The translations under genes were made by a program, and so were the position numbers. Below, in pieces: positions 1 to 11,145 of a stretch of 34,116 nucleotides of DNA (the stretch's first letter is position 1; every line of letters starts with the position of its first letter). Source of the DNA: Octopus sinensis (taxonomy: Eukaryota); NCBI RefSeq assembly GCF_006345805.1, contig NW_021831702.1, forward strand, positions 1-34,116, given 5' to 3'. The notes under the pieces were generated by a model. It saw only the letters and a list, made by a program, of their open reading frames with translations. It was not told the DNA's origin and did no database searches.

Positions 1-548
1 GGGTGGTCGTGTTTGGGGTGGATGGAGGCTGGTGTTTCATTTTATTATATTTACTTTATTTCTGTTTCTTTTTGTGCAGGGACGGTCATGGTCGACGGCT
101 GTTTAGTATTTTATTTATATATTTTATTTATTCATTTATTTATTTGCGTATTTCAAATGTCATTTCTTTATTATCTATATTACCTAAGTACTAACTTTTA
201 TTAGTGACTACATGCATACATACATACATACATACATACATACATACATACATACATACATACATACATACAAACTTGAATGATGAGAGACAGCCGCGAA
301 TGACCGGTTCTAGTTTTTTACCTGTCCGTCTTTGTATCATCTACCTGTCTGGATGTTTTATTGTCGTCTGTGCGCTCTTGTTCCATATATATATATACAC
401 ACACCCCACATATAATATATATATTATATATATATATATAATATATAATCTATATATATATTCTATTGTCCATACTAGGATAATTCATTTACCTACTTAT
501 AGATATATATATATATATATAATGATAATATATATATATGGAATATAT

Positions 549-826
549 GGAGCGCAATGGCCCAATGGTAGGATCGCGGTTTCGATTCCCAGACCGGGCG
601 TTGTGTGTGTTTATTGAGCGAAAACACCTAAAGTTCCACGATGCTCCAGCAAGGGCTGGTGGAGATCCCTGCTGTACTCTTTCGCCACAACTTTCTCTCA
701 CTCTTTCTTCTGTTGGCCTGCCCGCTTAGCCAGCGGGGTGGCGTCATTTGAAGGCTAAAACAATGCGAAGCGCATTGTGACCAGCGATGTGTAGCAACGT
801 CTGATAGCCTGGTCGGTCACTCTGAT
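549..826 (+). mobile_element. tRNA-derived SINE, family A head with tail type 1 (anticodon-arm region deleted)
   Basis: A-box-like TGGCCCAATGG and B-box-like GGTTTCGATTCCC. The body aligns by eye with 8755-8940 and 13027-13212, then carries a distinct tail ending in (TA)n. Confidence 0.85.
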
Positions 827-838
827 ATTATATATATA

Positions 839-874
<36 letters not shown>

Positions 875-877
<3 letters not shown>

Positions 878-1148
878 TAAGCAATAAAGGGTTTAGCACG
901 AATTGCCTACCACATACCGAATTTAAATAGCAATTCCAATTGCTGTTTTTACTGAGATCTCCCTTTTAGTAGAAGAAATAGCTATAACTCTTGACTGCTA
1001 TTTCTAAATCGGTGTGGTAAGGCAATTCGTTGCTAAACCCTTTATTGCTTAGTATTACTTAAATTCTCCTCGAATGAGCTTTTACACATGCCGAAGACTA
1101 CTTGGTGTAATTGATAATTATTCCAAATTAATTAATTTCACCCTTCAT
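875..1148. mobile_element. Inverted-repeat element in a (TA)n tract, probable Penelope-like terminal remnant
   Basis: TACTAAGCAATAAAGGGTTTAGCACGAATTGCC (875-) is the near reverse complement of GGCAATTCGTTGCTAAACCCTTTATTGCTTAGTA (-1054). A ~90-bp single-copy extension follows. Same architecture as 1669-1893. Confidence 0.6.
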
Positions 1149-1150
1149 TA

Positions 1151-1197
<47 letters not shown>

Positions 1198-1251
1198 GCA
1201 TATGTATATATGCACACGCATATATCTATACCCATGTATATATAGAAATGT

Positions 1252-1495
1252 GGAGGCGCGTGGCTTACTGGTTAGGGTAATGATCGTAAAATTGTGGTTT
1301 CGATTCCTGGACCGGGCGACGCGTTGTGTTCTTGAGCAAAACACTTCATTTCATGTTGTTCCAGTCCACTCTGCTGGCAAAAATGAGTAACGCTGCGATG
1401 CACTGGCGTCCCGTCCAGCTGGGGAATACATACGCCATAGAAACCGGGAAACTGGGCCCATGAGCCTGGCTAGACTTTAAAAGGGAGTATTTTTT
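1252..1495 (+). mobile_element. tRNA-derived SINE, family B head with tail type 2
   Basis: GGCGCGTGGCTTA..GGTTAGG A-box and GGTTTCGATTCC B-box. Highly similar to 13627-13875. Tail GCGATG(G/C)ACTGGCGTCCCGTCCAG...GAAACCGGGAAA. Confidence 0.85.
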
Positions 1496-1570
1496 ATTAG
1501 ATATAGAAATAAACGCGTGTGTTTGTGTGTGAGTATACATACATACATACAAACATACATATATATATAT

Positions 1571-1649
<79 letters not shown>

Positions 1650-1668
1650 ATATATATATATATATATA

Positions 1669-1893
1669 CTTTAATCAAAGCAGCAGAAAATTCAACAAAA
1701 CCTGTTACTCTGAGTTTCCCGTTGCCGTTCATCGGACATTTTTTTGCAAAAACTGTCCGATGAACGGCAACGGAAACTCTGAGTAACAGGTTTTTGTCAA
1801 TTTTCTGCTGCTTTAAATAAGCATATTACTCTACCACTGGTATTTGAGTACTCTTTTTTCCACCTTGTTTCACATTTATGTGTTTACCTCCGG
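1669..1893. mobile_element. Palindromic hammerhead-bearing element (Penelope-like terminal repeat remnant) in (TA)n
   Basis: Near-perfect spacerless palindrome 1677-1814 centred at 1746/1747. Each arm carries an HHR-like motif. An ~80-bp unique tail follows, and both flanks are (TA)n. Confidence 0.7.
1753..1789 (+). ncRNA. Minimal type I hammerhead ribozyme-like motif (mirror copy on minus strand at ~1702-1738)
   Basis: Stem I CUGU(1753-56)/ACAG(1786-89); core CCGAUGA (U4->C variant); stem II CG-GCAA-CG; GAAA 1773-76; quasi-palindromic stem III ACUCUGAGU; cleavage triplet GUA 1783-85. Confidence 0.6.
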
Positions 1894-1915
1894 TATATAT
1901 AATACAATATATATA

Positions 1916-2148
1916 TGTCAAGGCGATGGTTGAGGGGACAAATACAACACACATACACACACAAATGTATATATATATATATATATACGATGGATTTCTT
2001 CCAGTTTCCGTCTACCAAATCCATTCACAAGCCTTTGGTCGGCCCGAGGCTACAGTAGAAGAGAGGTGCCCAAAGTACCACGCAGTGGGACTGAACCCGG
2101 AACCATGTGGTTGGTAAGCAAGCTACTTACCACACACCCACTCCTGTG
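1916..2148 (-). mobile_element. SINE family C (internal microsatellite), 3'-truncated
   Basis: Reverse complement of GGAGTGG..GTGTGGTAAGTAGCTTGCTTACCAACCACATGGTTCCGGGTTCAGTCCCACTGCGTGG, matching other family C copies. Confidence 0.85.
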
Positions 2149-2149
2149 T

Positions 2150-2525
2150 TTTTTCTTTTTACTTGTTTCACTCACTGGACTGCGGCCATGCTGGGGCACC
2201 AACTTTTAAAATGTTTAACCGAAGGAATCGACCCCAGTACTTTTTTCTTAAGCCTGGTACTTATTTCACCGGACTGCTATGTTACAAGGACATAAACATA
2301 CCAACCCCGGTTGTTAAATTGTGATGATGGGCAAACACAGTCACAAAGACTCCCAAACACACACATTTTCATACTACGAACTTCTTTCAGTTTCCGTCTA
2401 CCAAATCCACTCACAAAAATCTGGCTGGCCCGAGGCTATAGTAGAAGACACTTACCCGAGATGTCACGCAGTGGGACTGAACTCAGAACCTTGTGGTTAG
2501 AAACCAAGCTTCTCACCACACAACT
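2150..2525 (-). mobile_element. SINE family C, diverged near-full copy
   Basis: Runs from tail TTTTACTTGTTTCA..GCGGCCATGCTGG to head CTTCTCACCACACA, colinear with 7218-7617. Confidence 0.8.
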
Positions 2526-2646
2526 GAGGATGGGCATGTTAAAAATTAACAAACCTAAGAATAAATTTCTTTCAAAATATCATAAATTCTTCCATTTCCC
2601 GTTATTACAGATTAGTTTATCTTATGGAAGACTATCGTTATATACA

Positions 2647-2714
2647 TAAAGGCGGTGCTCCATCATGGCCGCAGTCAAATGACTGAAACAGGTAAAAGAG
2701 AAAAGAGAAAGAGA
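2647..2714 (+). mobile_element. SINE family C 3' tail only (5'-truncated)
   Basis: TAAAGGCGGTGCTCCATCATGGCCGCAGTCAAATGACTGAAACAGGTAAAAGAG matches the tail of 28436-29047 and 30648-31090. Confidence 0.85.
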
Positions 2715-3073
2715 AATTTAACACTGAACAAGGACTTTCAACAATGCCGTACTTCTCACAACACGAATCTCAGAATCCTGTAATATGTATCAATTTTTTT
2801 ATTTATTTAATTTTATCTATGTATTATCGCAGTTCATTTATGATATTTTCATGTTGAGACTAAAGAGGAGTAGTTATCTGGTGACGAAAAGCAATAGCCA
2901 TCCGATGTTCACTTTTGAATCTGCCTGGACGTATTCAGAATAGATACGTCAATGTGAATTATCATTTGTCTAGCAGACATTTATCTGCATCGGCTAATAA
3001 ACCTGTTCGCTGATTTCTATAAACAAGAGCCTGTACTCATGCTAAATTCATCGAACATGTGGAGTACCTTTGA

Positions 3074-3220
3074 CTGAGGAGACTCACCATAAAGTCGAAA
3101 CACCGTAATGTGCTAATGTTTCCAACATATATCGAATAAAGACAGGGATATTCTCTGATGATGGAAAACGACAACGCTTAGATATTTCCATTCGAATCTA
3201 CCAGAGCTTGTTGAGAACGC
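3074..3220 (+). ncRNA. Tandem pair of decayed hammerhead-like motifs
   Basis: CUGAGGA-GACU(caccauaa)AGUC-GAAAC at 3074-3101 has an intact core and stem II but no good stem I. CUGAUGA-UGGAAA...UUUCCA at 3155-3190 has an eroded GAAA. Confidence 0.45.
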
Positions 3221-3409
3221 ATTAATAATTTATTGTTAAAGGGAATTTGCGTCTTCTAAAATTGATTAATAGTCCATGGGTGTCTTACTTATATTTGTTA
3301 CATATTACAACTTACTTTACTTTGTGATTATTGCCTACTAATACACCCCAATGTTTCCCCTCTCACTTTTTTCTTGGTCTTCTTCTTCCTACTCATACAC
3401 CTCCTCGCC

Positions 3410-3426
3410 ATCCTCCCCCCTCCCCA

Positions 3427-3461
<35 letters not shown>

Positions 3462-3490
3462 CTCCTCCTCATCATCATCATCATCCTCAC
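3410..3490. repeat. (TCC)n/(TCA)n microsatellite
   Basis: Direct reading. Confidence 0.9.
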
Positions 3491-4789
3491 CTATAGATCG
3501 AGGAAATCAGCAAAAATCCCGCCACCAAATTTACCCAACCCTATTAGTATATTAAACGCCACAAAAAGAGTACCTGTAAAATACTGAGGTTGATTAAATT
3601 AATAATACGCCATTTTTCTCTCTCTCTCCCTCTCTCGCTCTCCCTCTCTTTCTCTCTCACTCTCTCTCTCTCTCTCAAAAACGTGATTCTGTAGTTATAT
3701 TGGAAATAATTATAAGTGCCAATCAAATACAAGAGATAATTAAATTTGACTCCACAGTGTGACACCTACCCCTGCAGCTATATAAAGAAATCATTGTAAC
3801 AGCGGACAAATATTGAAGTAGATTCCATTTCCTTCTTACATTACACCACCACCCCACCACCACCACCACCACCACCACCACCATCACCATAACCATCATC
3901 ATTATCACCAAAATGTGTATTTTGGGGATTATGCAACGATCTCATTACATTAATTATAATACCAGTCAAAAACTGGGGCCAAATATGTTGACAGCCCACA
4001 TCTCTCCTGTGTCGTCCTTTAATACTAAAAATTAATATTATTATTGAATTTAAATTGATTCCTCTCCACCACCACCACCACCACAACCACCATCACCACC
4101 ACCTCTGTTTTTGAGCTCTTTTTGCTAGTTTTTTGTTCTTTTGTTATATCTTTATTGTTGTCGAATATCGTTTTTGTCGGTTTCACCTTTGTTTGTTTTG
4201 TTCTTTTCTTATTGTTCTTTACTCGGTGTAAATCACTCCACCATCTTTAGTTTAATCTTTGTTTTTTTCACGAACTCGTATTCTCCTGATATTCTGAGGC
4301 CCTTGTGGCCAATAAAGCAAATCATTATCGTTATGATTGTCTGTTCTTATCAATTATTACGGTTATCATTATTGTAATCGCGAATTAAAAAACAAAAATA
4401 CATAAATAAATAAATAAATGGATACCAAAAAGAAAAAAAAAAGGGGCATAAGAAAAAGGGAAGAAAATGCTACTGTGGACGACAGACGTAAAACAGATGG
4501 GCGTAGCGAACGCTTGATGAAGTTCAGACAAGTGTTGGTGTGTTTTGTGAAGAGAGAGAGAGAGAGAGAAGGAGAGGGAGGAGATGTAGAAGGTGGGGCA
4601 AGGTGGACGTGTTCGTACATGTCTCCTGCCCGCCTCTTACACCTAAAATTAGACAGTTCGGTGTGACCTTGCGGCAGGACGGCGCGATATGCCACACAGT
4701 TAGTGTATGTATACCACGCTCCTGCAGGGGTGGGGGAGCTGAGGAACACCTCGCTTGTTGGATGTGTCTGTCGATATCTACGATGGTGG

Positions 4790-5176
4790 CGGCGGCGGCG
4801 GTGGCTGTGTGGGGCGAAGGGGGTCATGCAGCAGTGATAGAGGCGGTGGAAGTGGGTGATCATGGTGGTGGTGGTGGTGGTGGTGGTGGTGGTGGTGGTG
4901 ATGATGATGACGATGGTGATGATTATGATGATGGTAACGAAGAGAAGAAAGGAAAGAATGGGAATGACGACGACGACGACGACGGTGGTAGTCGTGGTGA
5001 TGGCGGCGGTGGTGTCGGTATCGACGGTGGTGGCGGCACTAGTGATGACGATGTTGTTGTTGCTGCTGCTGCTGATGATAATGATGAAGAGTGCAATGGT
5101 GGAAGTGAGGTGGGGTTCATGATGACGATGGTGACGGCAGTGGCGGCGACGACCACCACGATGATGATGATGATGC

Positions 5177-5237
<61 letters not shown>

Positions 5238-5520
5238 GGTGGTGGAGATGGTGATGGCGTGATGTTGGGAGCAGGTCTGATTGCCGAAAGCAATGAGCGT
5301 CGGGGTTGGGGGTGAAGCACTCTGCTGTTGGTGAACAAGTGGGTAGGGCAGTGAGATAGAGTGGGTGGTATACGATAAAAGAGGTGGTCGTGGGAGGGTT
5401 GTCAGTGATAATTATGTTGTTCTAGCAGGCGCTGCTGGTGGTTATGTTATTATTGGTGGTGGTGGCGGCGGCGGTGGTGGTGGTGAAGGTGGTGGCGGCG
5501 GTGGTGTTGATAATGCTGGG
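4790..5520. repeat. Compound trinucleotide low-complexity tract (GGT, GAT, GAC, GGC)
   Basis: Direct reading; explains the poly-M/G/D ORFs. Confidence 0.9.
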
Positions 5521-5522
5521 GT

Positions 5523-5705
5523 TGTTTAGACACAGGTCAGTTCTGACCGAGCAGACACATGATCAAAGCCGCTCCATCTGTGACCATTCCACTTTTCCTC
5601 TATAGACAAAAAATCAAGGATCGCGTCATCCAACATTTTTGTAATACGGTAGGTGTCGTGATGTGAGGGTGATTTAGCTGCTATGTCTAGTGAAGAATCG
5701 GTGAA
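5523..5705 (+). mobile_element. Old interspersed repeat family F (GATTTRGCTGCTATTTCTAGC motif)
   Basis: Shares GGTCAG..CTGAYCGAGCAGAC..ATGATCAAA and GGTGATTTAGCTGCTAT motifs with 10030-10530, 14000-14190 and 32830-32905. Confidence 0.55.
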
Positions 5706-5784
5706 GAATCTTTCAAAGTGGTGGTGGTGGTGATGTTGATAATGAACATACTGATGATGGTAGTAGCTGTTGTGGTGGTAATAG

Positions 5785-5833
5785 TTAGAGGAGGAGGAGG
5801 AAGAGGAGGAGGAGGAAGAAGAAGAAGAAGAAG

Positions 5834-5864
<31 letters not shown>

Positions 5865-6309
5865 GGGAGGTGCGGGATGTGAGATACATTGCTGAGTTTG
5901 GATAGAAAGGTGGGGTCGGTAGATGGCGATAGTGTCGTAGATATGGGGGGTGGGGGACGGGTAAAGGTGGGTGAATATTTGGATGCATGTACGTGTACGT
6001 CTATGTATGTATGTATGTATGTATGTATGTATGTATGTGCATATGTCTGTATATGTGTGTGTGGGTGTGAGTGTAGGTGTGTGTATCAATTAGTCGACAG
6101 ACAGAAGGCAGAGGTTCATAATAAACGTGATAACGATGATAATAACGATATCGTCTACGACGACGACGACGACAGCCATGGGGGGGGTTATTGTTGTTGT
6201 GGTGGTGGTGGTGGTAGTAATAGTAGTTGTAGTATGAGTATTATTGGTTATTATGGAGATTGTGGTGCCGTTGGTGTTTGTAGTAGTAGTCGTAGTAGTA
6301 GTAGTAGTT

Positions 6310-6365
<56 letters not shown>

Positions 6366-6500
6366 GGTGGTGGTAGTGAGGATGGCTGTGGTTGTGGTGG
6401 TGGTAGTAGTAGTAGTGGTGGTGGTAGTGGTGGTAGTGGTGGTGGTGGTGGTAGTAATAGTAGTAGTCGTATTTGTAGTATGAGTAGTAGTAGTAGTAAT
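5785..6500. repeat. Compound microsatellites (GAA, TATG, GGT, AGT, AGC)
   Basis: Direct reading. Confidence 0.9.
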
Positions 6501-7217
6501 TTTCATGTAGATTTGAAGACACAGTGGTAGCGGTGTTTGTGGTGACCTTGTTAGACAGTGGCAGTGGTAGTGTAGCTATATTTAAAACTACACCGTTCAT
6601 TATACCCTTCCCTTTTTAAGACGGTTATATGTTTTGGGGGGCTATTTCTAGCTCATCGAACAACTACATAGAGTCTGCACCACTCTTTGGCGCTCGAATA
6701 ATAAATACGGTACCGAATTGGAAAATCTCCACATAAAACCTTTCACTGGAAGAAAATCGGTGTTTCACCTCGAAACGGCTGTAGAGTCAGTAGTGATTCT
6801 GTTGCCCTTATTATTATAGTTGCTTAGCCAAAACTCAGTCCTCAATCACAGCCAAACCATCTTATTTCCATTAAGATTAAAGATTAACATTATTTTTCAT
6901 AAAGGTCATAAGATATTTCAGAATATATTCTAACTGGAGAAATTTCAGAGAGAAAGAAAATGAGATTAGCAGTTGAATAAGAGGAATCGTGTAATTCGGA
7001 ATTATAAGTCTTTCAGTTATAGTGTATTAAAAAACAATCCATACTTGTGTATTGTGTTCTGTAATGTATGGCTTCTTGGGAAGTTCACAGAGATTCACAT
7101 ACACACACACACACACATATCACTCACACATACGTATGCACACATATATGCTTATGCATATATTAATGTTTATTTTTATGTTCAGTGATAATAACAATTT
7201 TCCATTGATCTGAAGGA

Positions 7218-7617
7218 TTACTCTTTTACTTGTTTCAGTCATTTTTCACTGTGGCCATGCTGGAGCACCGTCTATGCTCGAGCAAGTCGACACCAGGACT
7301 TATTCTTTGGAAGCCTCGTACTTATTCTATCGGTCTCTTTTGCCGAACCGCTAGGTTACGGGGACGTAAACACACCAGCATCGGTTGTCAAGCGATGTTA
7401 GGGGGACAAACATACACACAAACATATACATACATATACACATATATATATACATATATACGACGGGTTTCTGTTTCCGTCTACCAAATCCACTCACAAG
7501 GCTTTGGTCGGCCCGGGGCTATAGCAGAAGACACTTGCCCAAGGTGTCACGCAGTGGGACTGAACCCGGAACCATGTGGTTGGTAAGCAAGCTACTTACA
7601 CACAGCCACTCCTGCGC
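7218..7617 (-). mobile_element. SINE family C, full length
   Basis: Complete tail, internal TACA/TA array and tRNA-like head ending CACAGCCACTCCTGCGC. Confidence 0.9.
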
Positions 7618-7638
7618 ATATAGAAATTTATTTCTTCA

Positions 7639-7757
7639 AAACAAGAATCCTATTGATAGTGACTTCGAAGTTTGAACCAGCTCAGCCATCATCGGACAGC
7701 CTGATGATAGCTCAGCTACCCGAAACTTCGAAGTCATTGTGAACTTTATTCTCGTTA
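7639..7757. ncRNA. Inverted pair of hammerhead-like motifs
   Basis: Plus copy: ACAG(C) stem I, CUGAUGA 7701-07, GAAA 7722-25, palindromic stem III ACUUCGAAGU, GUC 7733-35, (A)UUGU. Minus copy 7659-7698 reads CUGU-CCGAUGA...AAACUUCGAAGUC. Confidence 0.55.
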
Positions 7758-8359
7758 GAAATAATAAAATATACGTATGCATATATATATACTTAATATA
7801 TAGCTTTGAAGCAACTGACCCCGAATGGGAAGATCTGTAAACAGGTCCCTATCTTGTTTTGGAGAATTTGTTGCCATCGCTTCCTCCTCCAGACTCAGAT
7901 CCCAATGATGATTATATTCGTCACAAAGAAATCATGTAGAAAAAAGTCGCCGAAAACAATCGGACAAATGAAAACATAGGAATCCACAATTTCAGGATTG
8001 CACGTCCAGATTCGGACCGGAACGTTTTTATTTTACTCACGGAGTTAGCCATTATTATAAAAATTGCTATCATACAAAAAAAAAAAAAATTGTCACAAAA
8101 ATTCACAAAAGAAATTTGATCGTCAAATAAAACCCAGTAATGTGTGATTTGGAAAGGATTTGCAAATTGTGTTTTTTTGTTATAAGATATTCTGTGTTCT
8201 GAATACTTTTATTTTAATAAATGTTGCAAGTTATGGATGATTCTTTTATGACTTCATTAGCTTAAGGTATTTTCGTGCCCGACATCACAAAATGCGTCTG
8301 AATAAACATTGTTGGACAGCAAATAGAGACTCGGACATTGTTTGGGAAATGTTTTTCAT

Positions 8360-8445
8360 TTTCAACCTCGTATATAGTACGCACTGGGGATTTTCACCTT
8401 TAAATTTTGGGAAAAAATGCGGATTATACTCGAGGATTTACGGTA
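8360..8445. mobile_element. One end of a Tc1/mariner-pogo (Tc2-like) DNA transposon
   Basis: Ends TGCGGATTATACTCGAGGATTTACGG|TA; reverse complement TA|CCGTAAATCCTCGAGTATAATCCGCA is the CCGTA-type TIR at a TA site. An internal subterminal copy CTCGTATATAGTACGCA is present. No partner TIR found. Confidence 0.6.
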
Positions 8446-8754
8446 TATATTCAAGCATGTGTGTGTGTGCGTGTGCGTGTGTGTGTGTGTGTGTGGTGTG
8501 TGTGTGTCCTCATGAGAGTCCGCACGTATATAATGAAATTTTCGTGTAGGGTCCTGTCTTGTTTTCTTCCACTCTGCTATTACTATGACTGCAACCTCTA
8601 CTACATCTAATACAACTACCACCACAACTATTACTGGAACTCCGATGATGACGACGATGATGACGATGATGATGATGATGATGGCGGCGATGATGACGGC
8701 GATGATGATGATGATGACGACGATGATGACGATTATTATCATTATTATTATTGT

Positions 8755-9070
8755 GGAAGCGCAATGGCCCAGTGGTTAGGGCAGCAGAATCGCGGTCGGA
8801 GGATCGCGGTTTCGATTCCCAGACCGAGCGTTGTGTGTGTTTAATGAGCGAAAACACTTAAAAGCGCCATGAAGCTCCGGCAGGGGGTGGTGGCGACCCC
8901 TGTTGTACTCTTTCGCCCCAACTTTCTCTCACTCTCTCTTCCTGTTTCTTGAGTAATGCTGCGATGGACTGGGGTCCCGTCCAGCCTGCGGGGAACACAT
9001 ACGCTATAGAAACCGGGAAATTGGGCCCATGAGCCTGGGTAGGCTTGAAAAGGGAGCATAAATAAAAAAA
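8755..9070 (+). mobile_element. Mosaic SINE: family A head and body joined to tail type 2
   Basis: 8755-8940 matches 549-710 and 13027-13212. 8950-9057 (GAGTAATGCTGCGATGGACTGG...AAAGGGAG) matches the tails at 1385-1490 and 13766-13870. Confidence 0.85.
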
Positions 9071-9073
9071 TAA

Positions 9074-9197
9074 ATTATTATTACTATCATTATTATTATT
9101 ATTATACTTTTATTAATATTATCATCATCATCATCATCATCATTATTATTATTATTACTATTATTATTATTATTATTATTAATATTATTGTTATTGC

Positions 9198-9228
<31 letters not shown>

Positions 9229-9440
9229 TTTATTATCGTTATCACAATCATCGTCGCCATCATCATCATCATCATCACCACCACCACCACCACCACCACA
9301 ACCACCGTCACCACTACCACTACGAACCCACTACCCTCCCATACAAGTAAGTATAACCCTTACTACGTGCGGCACAACAACAACCATTGTACACAACGAT
9401 GATAACGCCCCACCTCCACCACCACCACCACCACCACTAG
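9074..9440. repeat. (TAT)n/(CAT)n/(CAC)n compound microsatellite
   Basis: Direct reading. Confidence 0.9.
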
Positions 9441-9559
9441 ACTAACGCAACGCTACCCCCCAGCATACCACCGCCATCTCTACCCCCACCAACACAAAGC
9501 TATATCCTACGGCTATTTCGCCAGATGGCTCTTGTAACCGATAGCAAAATGTTGATTTA

Positions 9560-9713
9560 CTCACACACAACACACACACACACACACACACACCTTTCTA
9601 TCTTTGTCGCTCTACTTGTCTCTATTTTCTCTCCCTCTCTTTATCTCTCTCTCTCTCTCTCTCACTCTCTCTCTTTTTCTCTCAGAAAAACGCAATCTTT
9701 CTCTCACACTCCG

Positions 9714-9772
<59 letters not shown>

Positions 9773-9810
9773 ATTTCTTACACTGTCGCTCTCCACTCAT
9801 GTCTTTTCCC

Positions 9811-9849
<39 letters not shown>

Positions 9850-9985
9850 CTCTTTCTGTCTATCTAGCTATCCATCTATCTATATCTGCCTATATTTTTT
9901 CTCTCCCGCTCTTACATACACACTATCACAGACACCGAGGCACACTCACAAGTGTACGCTCACACACACACACACACACATATTC
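9560..9985. repeat. (CA)n and (CT)n microsatellite cluster
   Basis: Direct reading. Confidence 0.9.
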
Positions 9986-10029
9986 CCTTCATCTTAAACA
10001 TACGCGCGCGCATACACACACTTCTAACG

Positions 10030-10798
10030 CAGAATCTTGATGTCAAAGTCGAACATTCACAGATAACACTTAGCTACACGGACAGACGCTCCTTCAAAAC
10101 TCATCTTCGTATTAAGGATATATACACAGCCGTGACCATCCCGACTTACATTATGACATTATTCATCTAAGACTGTCCCTCATTTCTGGCCTATAAATAT
10201 ATTTTATTGTGAAGTGCGTTTTCTGAGGGGTGTGGCTGCCATTTCTAGCTGGAAGAATACGCATATATAGATTCCCCCAGCCCTCTTAAATCGACGTCAT
10301 CCTTGTCGATGTTGTAGTTCCTTAACCCTAGGTGAACTCTTACCGAGCAAACGTATGATCAAATATTTTCAAACCGTCCTTTAATCAGACATATGTCTAT
10401 CTAAAACTACATTATTCTATGTGTTTTAAGATACGTTTTTAAGGCGTACCAAACATTTATTCACGTGTGTTGCGACGGTGATTTGACTGCGCTTTCTATT
10501 AGATCGAGCAGCTGTAGGGGCACTCCATGATGTTCTCCTTCTTTATCTACATCGACACTGTTAGAAAGGTCAATAAGGATGCCTGTACCTGGTCGTCTCG
10601 CTTGCTAGAAATAATAACCAAAATTCCCCCACACTTGCATTGCATCTCTCTTTACTCTTTTTACTTGTTTCAGTCAATTGACTGTGGCCTAGCACTTATC
10701 CTATCGGTCTCTTTAGCCGAACAGCTAAGTTGCGGGGACATTAACACACCAGCATCGGTTGTCAAGCGATGGTTGGGGCGACAAACACAGACACACAA

Positions 10799-10840
<42 letters not shown>

Positions 10841-11145
10841 ACACATATATTTATATACAATAGGCTTCTTTCAGTTTCCGTCTACCAAATCCACTCACAA
10901 GGCTTTGGTCGGCCCGAGGTTATAGTAGAAGACACTTACCCAAGGTGCCACGCAGTGGGACTGAACCCGAAATCATGTGGTTCGCAAGCAAGCTACTTAA
11001 CACACAGCCACTCCTAAAAAAAAACGTAAGATCATAGGATGACATAATCCTAGATACACTATGCTGGTTGTGGAAACAATTGGATGGTCATGTTTGGCTG
11101 GCCTATGATCATGGGTTCATTATCTGGGACTAAATAATAACAACT
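10030..11145. mobile_element. Cluster of old family F copies: two plus, one minus interrupted by a SINE C
   Basis: GGCTGCCATTTCTAGC (~10234), GGTGATTTGACTGCGCTTTCTA (~10477) and reverse GCTAGAAATAATAACCAAAT (~10604). The minus copy appears to resume after 11015. Confidence 0.45.
10648..11015 (-). mobile_element. SINE family C with internal deletion in the tail
   Basis: Colinear with 7218-7617 but lacks the CATGCTGGAGCACC...AAGC segment. Confidence 0.88.

Noticed and set aside
55-105. Polypyrimidine tract plus CAG splice acceptor at ~79
   Set aside because: No convincing donor or coding frame follows; cannot support an exon.
4540-6600. Gly/Asp/Ser/Met-rich ORFs of 138-240 aa
   Set aside because: Trinucleotide microsatellites with no domain or splice support.
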